Source of the DNA: Macrostomum hystrix | Lineage: Eukaryota > Animalia > Platyhelminthes | Direction of reading: 5' to 3' | DNA: 64,000 nt | NCBI GenBank assembly: GCA_950097015.1 | Contig: CATNEN010000007.1 | Coordinates: forward strand, 5,766,001-5,830,000 | Shown: in pieces, positions 34,342 through 47,232 of the stretch | Numbering within the stretch: the first letter of the stretch is position 1 | Layout of the letters: every line of letters starts with the position of its first letter | Position numbers and translations under genes: made by a program | The notes under the pieces: model-generated | Database searches by the model: none | Seen by the model: only the letters and a program-made list of their open reading frames with translations | What the model was told of the DNA's origin: nothing

Positions 34342-35767
34342 CTACGCTACGCGCATCGCCCGGAGGCCCCTCTCGGCTGCGTCCAGGGTGCGTCTCTCGG
34401 CCAGCAGCCGCAGTCGGCGCATCTCCCGCCGGAAGTCGTCAATCTCGGACTCCAGCCTGCGCCGTCGATCAGATGAAGCTTGGAAGCTGCGATGAAAAGG
34501 GAACGGGAGATTCGAGGAATACGATCAAAGGACCAAAACTACTGGGCAGACGTGTCGATTCGTATCCTCCTCATAAGTGAAAAACCAATTATTTATTACA
34601 GTTTTCCCCCTAAAATGTCTCATCACTAAACCAAAAACAGTCTACTCATAGTAGAACAAATGGCTTCGAGAAAATCAACAAGAGCTGGTGAACAACTAGC
34701 TGATACCCACCGTTCCAGCCGAACCAGCTCCAGCTTCTGCAGCAACGCCATAGGTGGCTGGCAGTTGTTTTCACGCGGCTGAGATGACGCCACATCGCCA
34801 TAACTGCTGTAGTCGCCCCGGAGTTGCTTTGTTGCTATGGCAACGCGATTTGAGTTCTGCATGGATTTTTAAAGTATTATAATCTGATAGCGAATTCGTC
34901 TCACGTGTGTGATCAGCAAGTCTGGCAATTTAAGCTCAAGTTTTCAAGACCCACCATTCTTGACGCAAGCCTCTTACGGCCCGAGTCCCGCCTCCTCAGC
35001 CCGGAGCCGCCATTCGCTGATCGGAACAGCTGCGGCTCGCTGCCGCAAAGGCTCCGACAATGGGCTGCCGCGATGCCATACGCAGTCGCGGTCGTTACTT
35101 TGTCGTCGACCGGCGTTTGTGCCCGCGACGATGGTGATCGATAGTCTGAAGTCCGACGCCAAGCATCGAGCTGCGGCTCGCTACCGCTGATAAATCGCCG
35201 CTCACATCGCCGATCGGACGTCAGAAGGTCGCCGTCGTTGCCCCTGAGGTCTCTATTCAAACACCGATCGCTGCCAACAAAGGCTCTGGGCGAGCATTCT
35301 CTGGTCGAGGCGTTGTCTACGACGATGAAGCGGTGACTGTCGGCTGTGCGATGCGACTCGCTATTAAAATTGACTGCGTCTACTGACTGGTACTGCAGTG
35401 CTGGAGGCGTTGGCACAGATAACTCAGCGACCGACCTCAATCGAGGCGCCGTCGAGGCTTCGAGAGCTCCGGCCTCCTCGTCGATGATGCGCTCGCGCTC
35501 GAGTCGCGCCTGCCGCAACCGGCAGCGCCTATCGGCCTCCAGACGGTCGGCCATGGTGGCCAGAGCCGGCGCTGGGATATCAGGCATGCGGCTGCGCAGA
35601 GCGTCGACCGGCTGAGCCAGCAGGCTGACGGGCTCGATGCCCAGCCGGCGGCAGGCCTCCAGGCTGCGGGGGCTGGTCAGCACAAAGGGCAGGCCTTCGA
35701 ATTCGACGCGGTCCAGGTTGATCAGGTCGACACGGGGCAGCGTCGCCGCAGTCGGGGATTTGGACAT
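34342..35767 (-). CDS. CCDC177-family coiled-coil protein, short form
   Basis: N-terminal VDLINLD...FVLTSPRSLEACRRLGIEPVSLL...EADRRCRLRQARLERERIIDEE matches the CCDC177 conserved block. Proposed exons 35767-34955, 34856-34711 and 34486-34342 are phase-consistent and end RRTLDAAERGLRAMRVA*. Confidence 0.72.
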
Positions 35768-37099
35768 TTTAACTGTCGAAATCTGTTGATAGTGCTGGTC
35801 ACCGAAAGTTGTTTGACTGACTCGTTGGTTTTACTGCCTTTCTATGTGCTTTGCTAAGCAGAAATACCACTTGCTGCTTGCGCGCCAAAGATTTCCTACT
35901 TGGCGCAGACTTTCAATTGAGCTGAGCTCTGAGCTACTCGTAATTAAAGCAAAAGATGAGGCTCTCACAAGTCGTTGGCTTGTGGAGCCGAGCTGGCCAA
36001 AGAGTTATAAAAAAGCAATGGCGAGTGAAAAAAGGTAGAATATATTGAGAATCGCTGCCAAAGGGTTGCATTTATGCTTTCTGCTTTCGGGTTTTAAAGG
36101 CCTGTCCCAGAGGCTGGTGCGAGACAAGGGAGAAGGAATGAGAGAGAGGACAGTGAGTGAGTGATATTGTCGGGGCTTTTCTGGGTTGGCTCACATTGAG
36201 GGCCCACCCCAATGCAGCCGCCCATCATGATGTTGATTCGCACTGTGAGAGCTGGCTCATCTGCTGCACACCCACACTGCCTGCACCTGGGAGGACAGAG
36301 GTAGAAAGAGAACAAGCCAAGGCGAAATTGGCATTCAGCAAGAATAGGGGGAGGCTTGTAGAGGAAGCGTGACTCAAAGCAGAAAATGCCGGGCATTGTG
36401 GCGGCCAGGTTGAGGGGGTTAAGGACGGAGAGCCACAACTTTTTTCGTGCTGTTTCTTGCACTGTAGAACGCATTAAAAGCAATAATGGCCTACATAAGT
36501 CCTGTATTGTCCTTAAGTTTTTGAAACAAACATCGACATGCAGCAGCTATGAAGTGCGAAATGAGACCAGGTCTCAGGACATCCGTTGCGCTGATCGATT
36601 AGCGTGTGAAAGCGTGTATGGCCTTTGCAAGTTTTGCTGTTAAGTGTAAGAACTTGGAATTCCCAAATTTACAAGGCTTTAAAGAACATGTTTGCACCAT
36701 TCAAACATTCCAACAGACTCCTTCCTCTGCCTCTCGAGATTCTGCAGTGTTGACACAGTCAGCGCATAGATTGACAACGTAGCGGCTAAAATGCTAGCTG
36801 ACCCTGCCTCCGAATGTGAGCAAGTGGGCCAATGTTTAATACGAATCGCAGAGCTTCAAGTCAAATCGCTGAGTGGAGCGAGCGCTTTGAGTTAGACCAA
36901 AAAAGTACAGAGAGCTTGGGGAAGACAGAAGACCTCTTGTACAGGTTTAGGAAATTGGTTTTACCTGGGGGGCCTTAAGGTCAGTTGTAGTAGAAAAAAT
37001 TTTCGGACTGGTCCCGTCGCTGATTGGTTGGCGAGGGAGGAGTGGTTGCGGCATGGCTTGGTTGATGGTTGGGTTTGTGAACGAGGGGGCTTCCATTAA

Positions 37100-37716
37100 A
37101 AGAGTTCAGGTAAAACAGAAAATGGAGCTCATTGAAGTTGCGACCGGTAAAGAGACCAACAACGAGTAGGAAATCAAGGACGGCATCGGCGCAACCTTCT
37201 TGAGAGCCAAGGAGACGAGCTATTGCAGCCGCTGTTGTTGTGGCCAGCACCGCGCCTTCACCATTAACATCATCGACAAAGATGGGCGCAATGACATTCG
37301 CGTACTGTGCTTGCTTCTGCATCGGCAGTGCAGCAGCTGCTGGCGCCAGTGGACAACTTGATGGGCTTGGTAACTCAGCAGTGCAGCGTGTGCAGTGCCC
37401 AGCTCACAATTAAGGGACGATAACAACACGGCTCTGCATTCTTTGAAAGGTCCCTGCTACATCGCCTGTCGATGCCCTGGAGAGAAGTACACCTTCCACA
37501 TAATGTCGGCCGATGAGACCCAAGAGAAGCCGGCTGAACAAGGAGTTCACGGGCTTTTTAAAAGTTTTCTGACCGATGCAGACACACATCTACTGGTGGT
37601 GCCGCAGGACCTGCAAGACCAAGGCCTTGCTCATCGCCGACACGCTGCTCATCGACTTCACGTTTTTTGTGAACAAGAGGGGCAAGAACAAGGTCCACAG
37701 CGCGCACAGCATTTGA
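37100..37716 (+). pseudogene. PLSCR: Intronless, disrupted phospholipid scramblase (PLSCR) copy
   Basis: KQKMELIEVATGKETNNE*EIKD, SRCCCGQHRAFTINIID, LKGPCYIACRC..FHIMSADE, GLFKSFLTDADT..PQDL / KTKALLIADTLLIDFTFF are colinear with PLSCR. It has an in-frame stop, frameshifts and deletions. Confidence 0.85.
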
Positions 37717-37974
37717 GATTTTTTTAAATACAAGCCAAAATTAATCTATTTGACTTTTTTAAAGCACCACGTTTGTGTATTTTATACAATCACGAAAAGC
37801 ATATCAGTTTTCTATTTTTTACAGAGTTAAAATATACATTTAATATTTATTGGCAGAAAAATCTAATACGTAAACAAAAAGCACGAATCATTTAACCAAA
37901 GAGTTGCAAAACCAAGACTTGATAATTTTTACATCAAACACGTGACCAAGAAAGCCGAGAATCTCGTGATTGGG

Positions 37975-38396
37975 TAGTCCAAGGATCACGTGACTGAGTC
38001 AGCCATTGGTCACATGACCGAGTCACTCATGATCGCGTGACTTTGTCAGTCAAGGATCACGTGACCGAGTCATTCAAGGATCACGTGACCGAGTCAGTTA
38101 AGGATCACGTGACTGAGTCAGCCATTGGTCACGTGACCGAGTCAGTTAAGGATCACGTGACCGAGTCAGTTAAGGATCACGTGACCGAGTAAGTAAATGA
38201 TCGTGTGACAAAATAAGATAAAAATATATCCTGACTAAGAATAGTTACGTGACTGAGTCAGCCATTGGTCACGTGACCGAGTCAGTCAAGGATCACGTGA
38301 CCGAGTCAGTTAAGGATCACGTGACCGAGTAAGTAAATGATCGTGTGACAAAATAAGATAAAAATATATCCTGACTAAGAATAGTTACGTGACTGA
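37975..38396. repeat. ~24-bp minisatellite containing CACGTG (ggatcacgtgaccgagtcagttaa), with a ~140-bp higher-order duplication
   Basis: Tandem copies. Confidence 0.9.
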
Positions 38397-39244
38397 GGAG
38401 TTTTAACAGCAGCTGAATGTAACAAAAAAGTATAAAGTATAAATTTTTATAGCAGAAAATTTTCTTTAATGAGCGCATTACAATGAGCACATCCATACTG
38501 TATTTACTACACCCAAGCTAGATAGTTGAGCAAAGCAAAGTATTCAACGGAGCGCAAAAAGCAAAGACAAGATTTTCTCATCAAACATGGCATAATGGCT
38601 CAGCCAGCTAAGGGAAATTGAAGCACCGCTTCCCTACTCAAACAGCTCAGCAAGATCAAACATTGTAACTTGATGCACAGCACTTTAATTGACCTTTGTC
38701 TTACTGCCTGCTGACCAGAAGTAGGAAATACAGAAAGTTTATAACTATTAATAAAATAAGCACCAAAAGCAATGAAGAGTTGAGATTAATCATATTTATC
38801 GTGCTGCGACTAAAATTTTAGGACATTTGCGCATAAAAAACTAGGAAAAATAATATCTGGTGCTTAAGTCGTAAGAAGTACAGACAGATTATGTCATACA
38901 TGACTGGGGTGGGTTGAGCATGGTGAAAAATAAACTGAAAGCACTAGTAGTACTCAAAGCTTTACTACAATTTCCACACAAGAGATTAGCTTATAGGTGG
39001 GATCAGGTAGAAATCATATGCTCAATTACTGTTAGGGAGGCTTATGTGAGACTAACAAATATATACGAATCGAGTTCAATACAGCTGACAGCGCAATGTC
39101 TTAGGGTGAAGGCCTTTTTATCTAACTTTTAGACTGAGAAGGTCAATCACTAGTCATAAGTCCCGAGAAAGGGCAGTAACAGGTCATACAACTGGGGCAA
39201 GAGTAAAAATGACCGGACATATTACAAGGGACAGTCGTAATAGC

Positions 39245-40160
39245 CGGTCATATTACAGGGGGGCAGGTCATATTACAGGGGGACAGGTCATATTACAGGG
39301 GGACAAGGATTATAACCGGTTATATTACTGTGGACAAGGATTATAACCGGTCATATTACAGGGGGACAAGGATTATAACCGGTCATATTACTGTGGACAA
39401 GGATTATAACCGGTCATATTACAGGGGGACAAGGATTATAACCGGTCATATTACTGTAGACAAGGATTATAACCGGTCATATTACAGGGGGACAAGGATT
39501 ATAATCGGTCATATTACAGGGGGACAAGGATTATAACCGGTCATATTACAGGGGGACAAGGATTATAATCGGTCATATTACTGTGGACAAGGATTATAAC
39601 CGGTCATATTACTGTGGACAAGGATTATAACCGGTCATATTACTGTGGACAAGGAATATAACCGGTCATATTACTGTGGACAAGGATTATAACCGGTCAT
39701 ATTACTGTGGACAAGGATTATAACCGGTCATATTACTGTGGACAAGGATTATAACCGGTCATATTACTGTGGACAAGGATTATAACCGGTCATATTACAG
39801 GGGACAAGGATTATAATCGGTCATATTACTGTGGACAAGGATTATAACCGGTCATATTACTGTGGACAAGGAATATAACCGGTCATATTACTGTGGACAA
39901 GGATTATAACCGGTCATATTACTGTGGACAAGGATTATAACCGGTCATATTACAGGGGACAAGGATTATAATCGGTCATATTACTGTGGACAAGGATTAT
40001 AACCGGTCATATTACTGTGGACAAGGATTATAACCGGTCATATTACTGTGGACAAGGATTATAACCGGTCATATGACAGGGGGACAAGGATTATAACCGG
40101 TCATAAACAGGGGGACAAGTATAAAAAACCGGTCATATTACTGTGGACAAGGATTACAAC
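39245..40160. repeat. 31-32-bp minisatellite (ggacaaggattataaccggtcatattactgt)
   Basis: Tandem copies. Confidence 0.97.
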
Positions 40161-40233
40161 CTTGTCAAAGGTCATATTACACTGAAGGAGCAATCCAAAC
40201 CTGCACGCATTCAGCCAAGGCATAGTCTATGGT

Positions 40234-40711
40234 TCAAACACCAGCAGCCAGCTGTCTGGACACTCTGTCGGCCAGCAGTTGATCCCGCTGCCTCTCGCGG
40301 CGCCTGACGCAGACGTAGGCAGCCAGGAAGACGATTAGCGAGACGCCTTGGGTGACAAAAAATTTAAGCCGCTCGGCAAATTTGTCTGTCGGCCTGCAGG
40401 ACATCCACACTGCTGGACAGTGGCCGCCACTGATACCGCCCACTTGCCGCTTGAATCCCGTGTCAGAGCACGGGCCTCCGCTATTGATGGCCACTTGCAG
40501 CTCAAACTGTGAGCACGCCTGACACGGCTGCGTAGAGTGCTCATTGACTGGGCAGGTGACATTTTTAGATGGCTTTCTGGATGACAGCTCAGTCTTGACG
40601 GCTGCAGAGATTGATGAGGGCAATGGGCCCAGTGACGAGGGAGGTCGGGAGTGCTGCTGGTGCTGATGCTGCATGAAGGTGTCCTCCAGGTAGAGTACCG
40701 CCACACACAGA
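40234..40711 (-). CDS. JTB: JTB (jumping translocation breakpoint) homolog, terminal exon; first exon not located
   Basis: Acceptor ttttccacacag| at 40712. CQACSQF..PCSDTGF..WMSCR..ERLKFF-TM-VRRRERQRDQLLADRVSRQL matches the JTB Cys pattern, TM helix and basic tail. Confidence 0.75.
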
Positions 40712-41942
40712 CTGTGTGGAAAAACAATAGGATATGTGCTCAGGTTTTACATATTTCAAAAAATAGAAAGAGGAAATAATAATATTAAAGTCTAGACCAG
40801 TGTAGGCTAGATTTAGTCGGTGGCAGAAGCCGCAGTTACTGCACTGCTCTTCCAAAGACTGTACAGATTTCGTGAAATTAAACAATCAGGAACTAATAGT
40901 CTTGATGAAGGACACATTGTCTAGCAGATTATTTAGAAAACATAGGTTCTATGGCAGCAAAAATCAAAGGCTTACAAAAATTATTTCAAAAATCCGATTA
41001 TTAGTTTTTTTACTTTGTAATTCAGAAATGCAAAAGTTACTACTTTTATCATCACTATTTTCTAAATCAGTTAAATGGTTATAAGCATACTTGTGCATGT
41101 TACTCACATCATTAAACCACTGATGGTTACCATCATGGTTTTCTTTGTGCAATACTCAATCATGTTAATATTATCTGCAATGGATGCATATTAAAAAGGA
41201 TTAAATGCACCGGCATATTGAATGTCAAGTTTTCTAGTAGTATGGAACACAAAGAATGTATAAATATAAATATACCTATAAATCCTGGTAGCTATAGTAA
41301 AAATGTCATACAATATGAAATTTAAATAGAATAGTGCTTTGTTGCAGAAAAATATAATAAACTTACAATAAACAAAACAAAAAACAAAAATCCTGCAAGA
41401 AAGCATGTGAAAGATTTTTAAATGAAAAAATCAAAATATTCGAGTTTTCATGACTAATTATCCAGTTTTGTGCCAATAACTTCTAGCTAATGCTCTTAAC
41501 AGCTTACCTTAATAAAAAACTGACTACTACAAACAATATGCCAAGCCAATAATTCTGAAATTATTCCAAATGCCAACAATACCCAGTTTAGGCCCCTATC
41601 TACATAACAGTTTGCTTAAATTAGACAGCTACTCTAGATTGTCTGTATATAATACTGATAAATCTCTAATTACCTTTACAGTTCAGGTAAATAACTGATA
41701 ATAACACAGTTGCCACAACTTACATATATATATATACATATATTGACTGCCTCTTGCAGGAATTACAGTAGATATTATATAACTAGTAAGTGCATAAAAT
41801 TGAGTAGAATAGAATAGTAACATATTTCTAAGTATTAAGCATTATAAATAGTAAGAATATGAGCATACATACAATCCTAGCAACTTAAAAAGGAAGCAGC
41901 AAAAAGAGCTCATCAGAAATAAAAAATGTATAAATCATATAA

Positions 41943-42486
41943 TAATAATAATAATAATAATAGTTACACTCCACGCCGACCACAGAAGTGGCCAAGAGGG
42001 GGGAGCGTCAAAACGCGCGTTTCAGTGCCAGGTCTCTGACGTGCTTCACGCCTGCCGCCTGGCTGGGTGCTCGGGCGTCTTCAAAAAGGCGGTCAATATA
42101 GCGGGCTGTACGTCCCTGGCCGCGCCTGCGCGGTCCCTGCGAGGTCCACAGCAGAACATCCTGCAGCGGCTCTGGGCAGTAGGCTTCGGCGCGGATGACA
42201 TGCCCGGCCAGCCGCAGTCGCCGCTGACTCAGCAGGACAGAAGGCCGCGTTAGGCGCGCACGCTGGTACAGGGACTCGGTTGTCTCGCTGCCAGGGCCGC
42301 GGCGGGCACCGAAAGCGGCGCGAACTAGGGCCGCATGCGCCGCGTCGAGCTGCGCCTCGAGCGCCCCGGTCATCGTCCAGGTCTCAGCATTGTACAAGAG
42401 GGCGGTCTCGACAACTGCCTGGAACAGCTGGGACCTGGCGCCGTTCGACAGGGCCTCGGAGAGTAGCACCGCCCGCACAGAACGAT
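41943..42486 (-). mobile_element. 5'-truncated RTE-clade LINE, young insertion
   Basis: Uninterrupted ORF2 C-terminus (LFQAVVETALLYNAETW, RRLRLAGHVIR, GPRRRG..RYID), short 3' UTR, (TAA)n-type tail, and a ~14-bp TSD tataaatcatataa (41929-41942 and 42487-42500). Confidence 0.9.
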
Positions 42487-43244
42487 TATAAATCATATAA
42501 AAATGTAAATAAAACTAAACATAAAGAAGTTTAACAATGTGACATCTTCAAACAAACTATGTGCCACAAAGAATGAGCCACATGGATATGGAATGCATCT
42601 ATGTGAGGCAGGCTTTTATTTTTATCTGGTAGACAGAGCTCAGTTGTTGTAGGTAGAGTAGGACCTCTTGTATTTTTTGTACTTCTTATCTACAACAATT
42701 GTTTTTATAATAAATCTGGGCAATGTTTTACTTTGTTTTGTGTAATATTTTTCCTTTTTAAATTGCATATCCTCATCACTGAATATTGGAAAACAATGAA
42801 ATGAACAAATAACAACAAACAGCAACAAGTGAAAATAGTCATTTGGTCAGTCATTCATAAGAAAATCACAGTGGGTAGTAATGAGAACTTTCAAAGCATA
42901 GAAATATAAGCAGTTAGGAGAATCAAGATACAATTCTATATTTTGCTGTTAGTTATCAGCCCAGCCCCAGCATGCAAGGTACCTGGACACTTTGTAATCT
43001 TACAACTTTGTCATCTAGATGACGATCTGTCCAATATCTCAGAGGATGGATGACGAAGAGACTTAGACTTGTGGACACCTAGTCATCTATAAAACAAAAG
43101 TTTTCAAAGTTAGAACAGAAACACCCCTCTCTACCCCTCCTCATATTGTGTTGGCACCTATCTGTCAACTCTTATAATAAAATCAGTTTCGATACCTCTT
43201 TTTGAAAATTTAGAGTGTGAAGTGTGTTCACACCTCTGCCCCAC

Positions 43245-45554
43245 GGGTGCTGGTCATTTCGTCAACTGCCAGTTCGTCAACTTGGTTGACGAATTGACCA
43301 ACAGTTTAAGGTGGTCTCACTTGCAGTTGACGAAATGACCAAGGTTTTAGATTGCTTTATCAGTCAGTTGACGAAATGACCTGAGAATGTTAGTTACTTC
43401 GTCAACTGGCTAGCTACAGTTTGCAAATGTCATAACATGTACATAACATTACCTTTGTTATCATTACTTATTATCCGGAACGTTCTCAATCCATCTTCGC
43501 CACCCCATCCCTAAACTGACAACGTGCCCTGTCTCTGTAACTTGAACCAGGGCCCCTCGCGCTGACACCTGTTCTCTTAAGCTGACAACGTGCACCCTGT
43601 CTCTTTTACTTAAACCAGCGCCCCTCGCGTTGACACATGTTCTCTCAATCTATCTTCGCACCCACCCCCAAACTGACAACGTGCCCTGTCTCTGTAACTT
43701 GAACCAGAGCCCTCGCGCTGACACCTGTTCTCTTAAGCTGACAACGTGCACCCTGTCTCTTTTACTTAAACCAGCGCCCCTCGGGTTGACACATGTTCTC
43801 TCAATCTCTCAATGCGAATTAGCACCTTGTCTAATCCTCAACTATCATGTCTCAACATGATACGAAATACTTTAAACCTGACAATGCAACCTCCTCAAAC
43901 ACTATATAATGGAGTAGGGTTTCAGGAGGGCCACTCAATTTTTTACGTCTTGGTAATGGACACTGATAAGTGTATTCAGTGCTCAGAGACTGTGCGGCCA
44001 CGTCAACAGGCCATACAGTGCGATTCGTGCCAAAAGTGGCAACATCGAACTTGTGGGACTAGAATCTCACAAGCAGAGTACAGGCAGCTTATGCGGCAGG
44101 ACGTGTTCGCATGGTCGTGTGCCACTTGTCAGGCAAGACCAGCGGCGGAGCCAGCGGCGGAGCCAGCGACGGAGCCAGCGGCGGAGCCAGCGGCGGAGCC
44201 AGCGACGGAGCCAGCGGCGGAGCCAGCGGCAGATCTAGCGGCGGAGCCAGCGGCGGATCTAGCGGCGGAGCCAGCGGCGGATCTAGCGGCGGAGCCAGCG
44301 GCGGATCTAGCGGCGGAGCCAGCGATGGAGCCAGGGGCGGAGCCAGCGGCGGAGGCAGAAGACGCAGCAGGTCTACTGGCCGAAATGTATGCTGCCGAAG
44401 CAGGTGAGACATTCTATATTTAATAATTAAATAATTTTAAATAAATATTATAGACATTATGGTTAGTACCTTGGGAATTGCTCTTAAATAATTAAAGCAA
44501 GGCATCGCGAGTGACAGAAATCCAGATACTTCACACGTTTCTTCCTCACAGGGCCCTTCCAAGAGCCGGTCCGTCTCACTGAGGTCTCGATGGAAGGTCT
44601 GGAGCCTCAGGTGCTCCCAGAAATCGATGAGGCCGGCAATCTAGAGGAATTCGTCATTGTTCGCAATGGCACCAAGAAGCAAAAGCCGTCACTTATTCAA
44701 CGCATTGGAGCTCGAGAATATGTATTGGGGCTGAACGTAGAAAAGAATAACATTCGCTATTGGCGCTGCACCCAACGCAATTCCAGGTTGAAGTGCCCGG
44801 CTTCTGCCATTGAAGACAGTCAGGGCAACATTCGAAGCGGCCAAGCGGCTCACATCTGCGAAGCACGAGTGCGTGAGGGAATGAAGCGCCGATTGGTCGC
44901 CGAGATCAAGGAGGACGCGAAGCGGCACTGCTTCAGATCGGCTGCAGCAATCGTGGAGGCGAAGTTGCTGGAGACCGGGGACATTGGCCCAGTGGTACCC
45001 GGCATCAATCAGCTGGTGCGAATCGCCAATCGGTCTCGTGAGGTTGGGCGCCCGCAGCCTCCAGTCGACCTCCAGTTTGCACTGGCCTTGGATCATCTGC
45101 CTCCGAATTTTCGGAGGCAGGACTAGTACGTACGTAAGTGGATAAGTGTACTGTACATTCTGCGCATGTCTTCAGCTTTATATTTGATTGTGACCTTTGT
45201 GGTGGCCTTCTTTGTGATCTTTGTGATTTTGTGCAATGCATTTTTCCTTTTTTACCATACAATTACTGCATCTTTGTGGCAGTAACTCCGCCATTGTCTG
45301 GTCCCAAGCCCAGAATGAGAAAGGAGGAGGGCTGCATTGAATAAACATGCAACGGGAAAAAAGTTTCATGCGGGGCGTGTATTATTGGCAGTTGACGAAG
45401 TGACAAAAAGTTGACATCGTCCCATTGAACAGTTGACGAAATAACCAAGCTTTGAAAGTATCCTATTGGTTGGTTGACGAAACGACCAATACGGGGAACG
45501 GGTTGACGATGTGTCCAGTTGACGAAATGGCAGTTGACGAAATGACTAGGATCC
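43245..45554 (+). mobile_element. Mutator-like (MULE) DNA transposon, internally deleted
   Basis: TIRs gggtgctggtcatttcgtcaactgcca / tggcagttgacgaaatgactaggatcc with repeated gttgacgaaatgac subterminal motifs; 8-bp TSD tgccccac (43237-43244 and 45555-45562); two ~158-bp direct repeats at 43490-43805. Confidence 0.9.
43956..45126 (+). CDS. Transposon-encoded PHD finger + AEPA repeats + FLYWCH protein (N-terminal part of a MULE transposase)
   Basis: Exons 43956-44403 and 44552-45126, phase 1, in frame. PHD CIQC..IQCDSCQKWQHRTC..WSCATC; FLYWCH YWRCTQR..CPA..HIC. It ends RPQPPVDLQF..LPPNFRRQD* before any DDE domain. Confidence 0.8.
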
Positions 45555-47232
45555 TGCCCCACCACCCCACCCTCACTTTATTGATGACGAACTAGATTGC
45601 TTGTGATTAGTAGATGACAAACTGACCAAACTTAAAAGCATGCCAACTGGCTGAATGACGAAGTGTCCTACCAGTACCTTCCAAGTGGATGACGAAGTAC
45701 TTGTCCTACCTTCCAAGTGGATGACAAAGTTGTAAGATGACGAAGTGTCTAAGATCCGCATGCAAAGCCCACTTATGCCTATGGCACTTAATCCCCCCAA
45801 ATCCCCCCAATGTCAGCACTCAAAACCTTGCAAAGCTACATCAGTGTATGTCAGTGACCCTAGCCACATCATATTACACATTGTGGTTGCATGTGTTTGA
45901 ATCAGTTTGAAAAAAAATATGTGAAACAAAGTAAAACATTGCCTGAAACTGCCCTAAATTTATTGCATTCTAAAAACAGCATTTCATATATTTAGTTAGA
46001 ATAAATATAGGTAGTTGGCATACAAAATACAAAGAGAACTGAGCTGTGGTTTATAAAGTGAAGTGGCACCACCCTCACTTTTGGAAGTTGATCATTTTGA
46101 ATGGTATGGGTTCATGCAAATGATCTTCATCTGAAAGTGAAGTGCTTAATACACTTTTGGTTTGAAGTCAGCCATCGTGATTGTTTGCTGAAAGTTTAGG
46201 AAAAATTTTTTTTACTTTTTTGTTTGTAGCTATGGATCACGATCATTTCTCTTAAAAAATTTGCATGGGAGAAATTGGCGTCGGTATCCATAGTGGTCTA
46301 TTTCGACATGTTGTAGCCCTTGAAAGTCCAGGAAATCTGTCTAGAATCTAATAAAGGTAGGTGACCACCAAATACGGAGATGATGCAGGCACATTCGCGT
46401 GATATTCTGTTAATTTTTAAGACCTGGCAAGTCCACGCTGAGGCGCAGTGCTACTTTGTGTATAGGGGTGTATGAAATACACTGGCTCTTATAGGAAAAT
46501 TCTGAACTTTGGCCAGAACCATTGAATATCTCGACTGTCTGAAGAGCTATCGACTTGATTATTGTTTCAAAAATTTGGCCCGTATTCTTGAGTTTCGTGT
46601 GCTTTGCTTTTCCGTTCGGGTGCAGCACAAATACGAACTAATACCCCCTTTGGTAGCTTGAGTGTTAAAAGAAGTATATGTTCAGACATTTCAACGAAAG
46701 AACAGCTTTGAAATCAGCAATTTATTTTATAAGCTATTGAAAAAAAAGGTTTAAATTAATGATAAGGCATAATAATTTGTTCAAATATTTTTATTCTTTT
46801 CTTTAAAGTCACAAGCACTTTGTTAAGAACTCAAACGTTCGAAAGTTTTACCAGTTTTATGTGTCAGCGCGAATTTAAATGTGATCGTGAATACAATCGA
46901 AAAAATCGTTAAATTTGTTGTAAACTAACTATATACAGCTTTTATACGCCCTGGGCCAAAGGCCTATAGCCTAATCGATCGATTCGAAGTAGCAGTATTA
47001 TACGAATCGCACTGTCTTCGTAATTTGTAAGACCTAAAAGCCAAGTTTACTATTACTTTAGTGTAATAACAAGTCATAAACTACCGGTCATAGACATCGC
47101 AAGGTTATCGCGTTATAGCTAGTCTCCAGACATAATCTCTGAGTCACTGAGTGCAAATATTTTGTCTAATAAGATGTCTAGGAGTTACATTTTTCATTAG
47201 ATTTATCAGCTTATATTAGCATATGTTTGAAC

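Larger units (their letters stand above)
42978..45757. mobile_element. Outer non-autonomous TIR element (~460 bp of own sequence), split by the inner MULE
   Basis: Left TIR ggtacctggacactttgtaatcttacaactttgtcatc versus reverse complement of the right end ggatcttagacacttcgtcatcttacaactttgtcatc; 8-bp TSD gcatgcaa (42970-42977 and 45758-45765). Confidence 0.82.

Noticed and set aside
40700-40715. Spliced-leader AUG supplying the JTB start codon
   Set aside because: The acceptor is phase 2, so a leader-terminal AUG would be out of frame.
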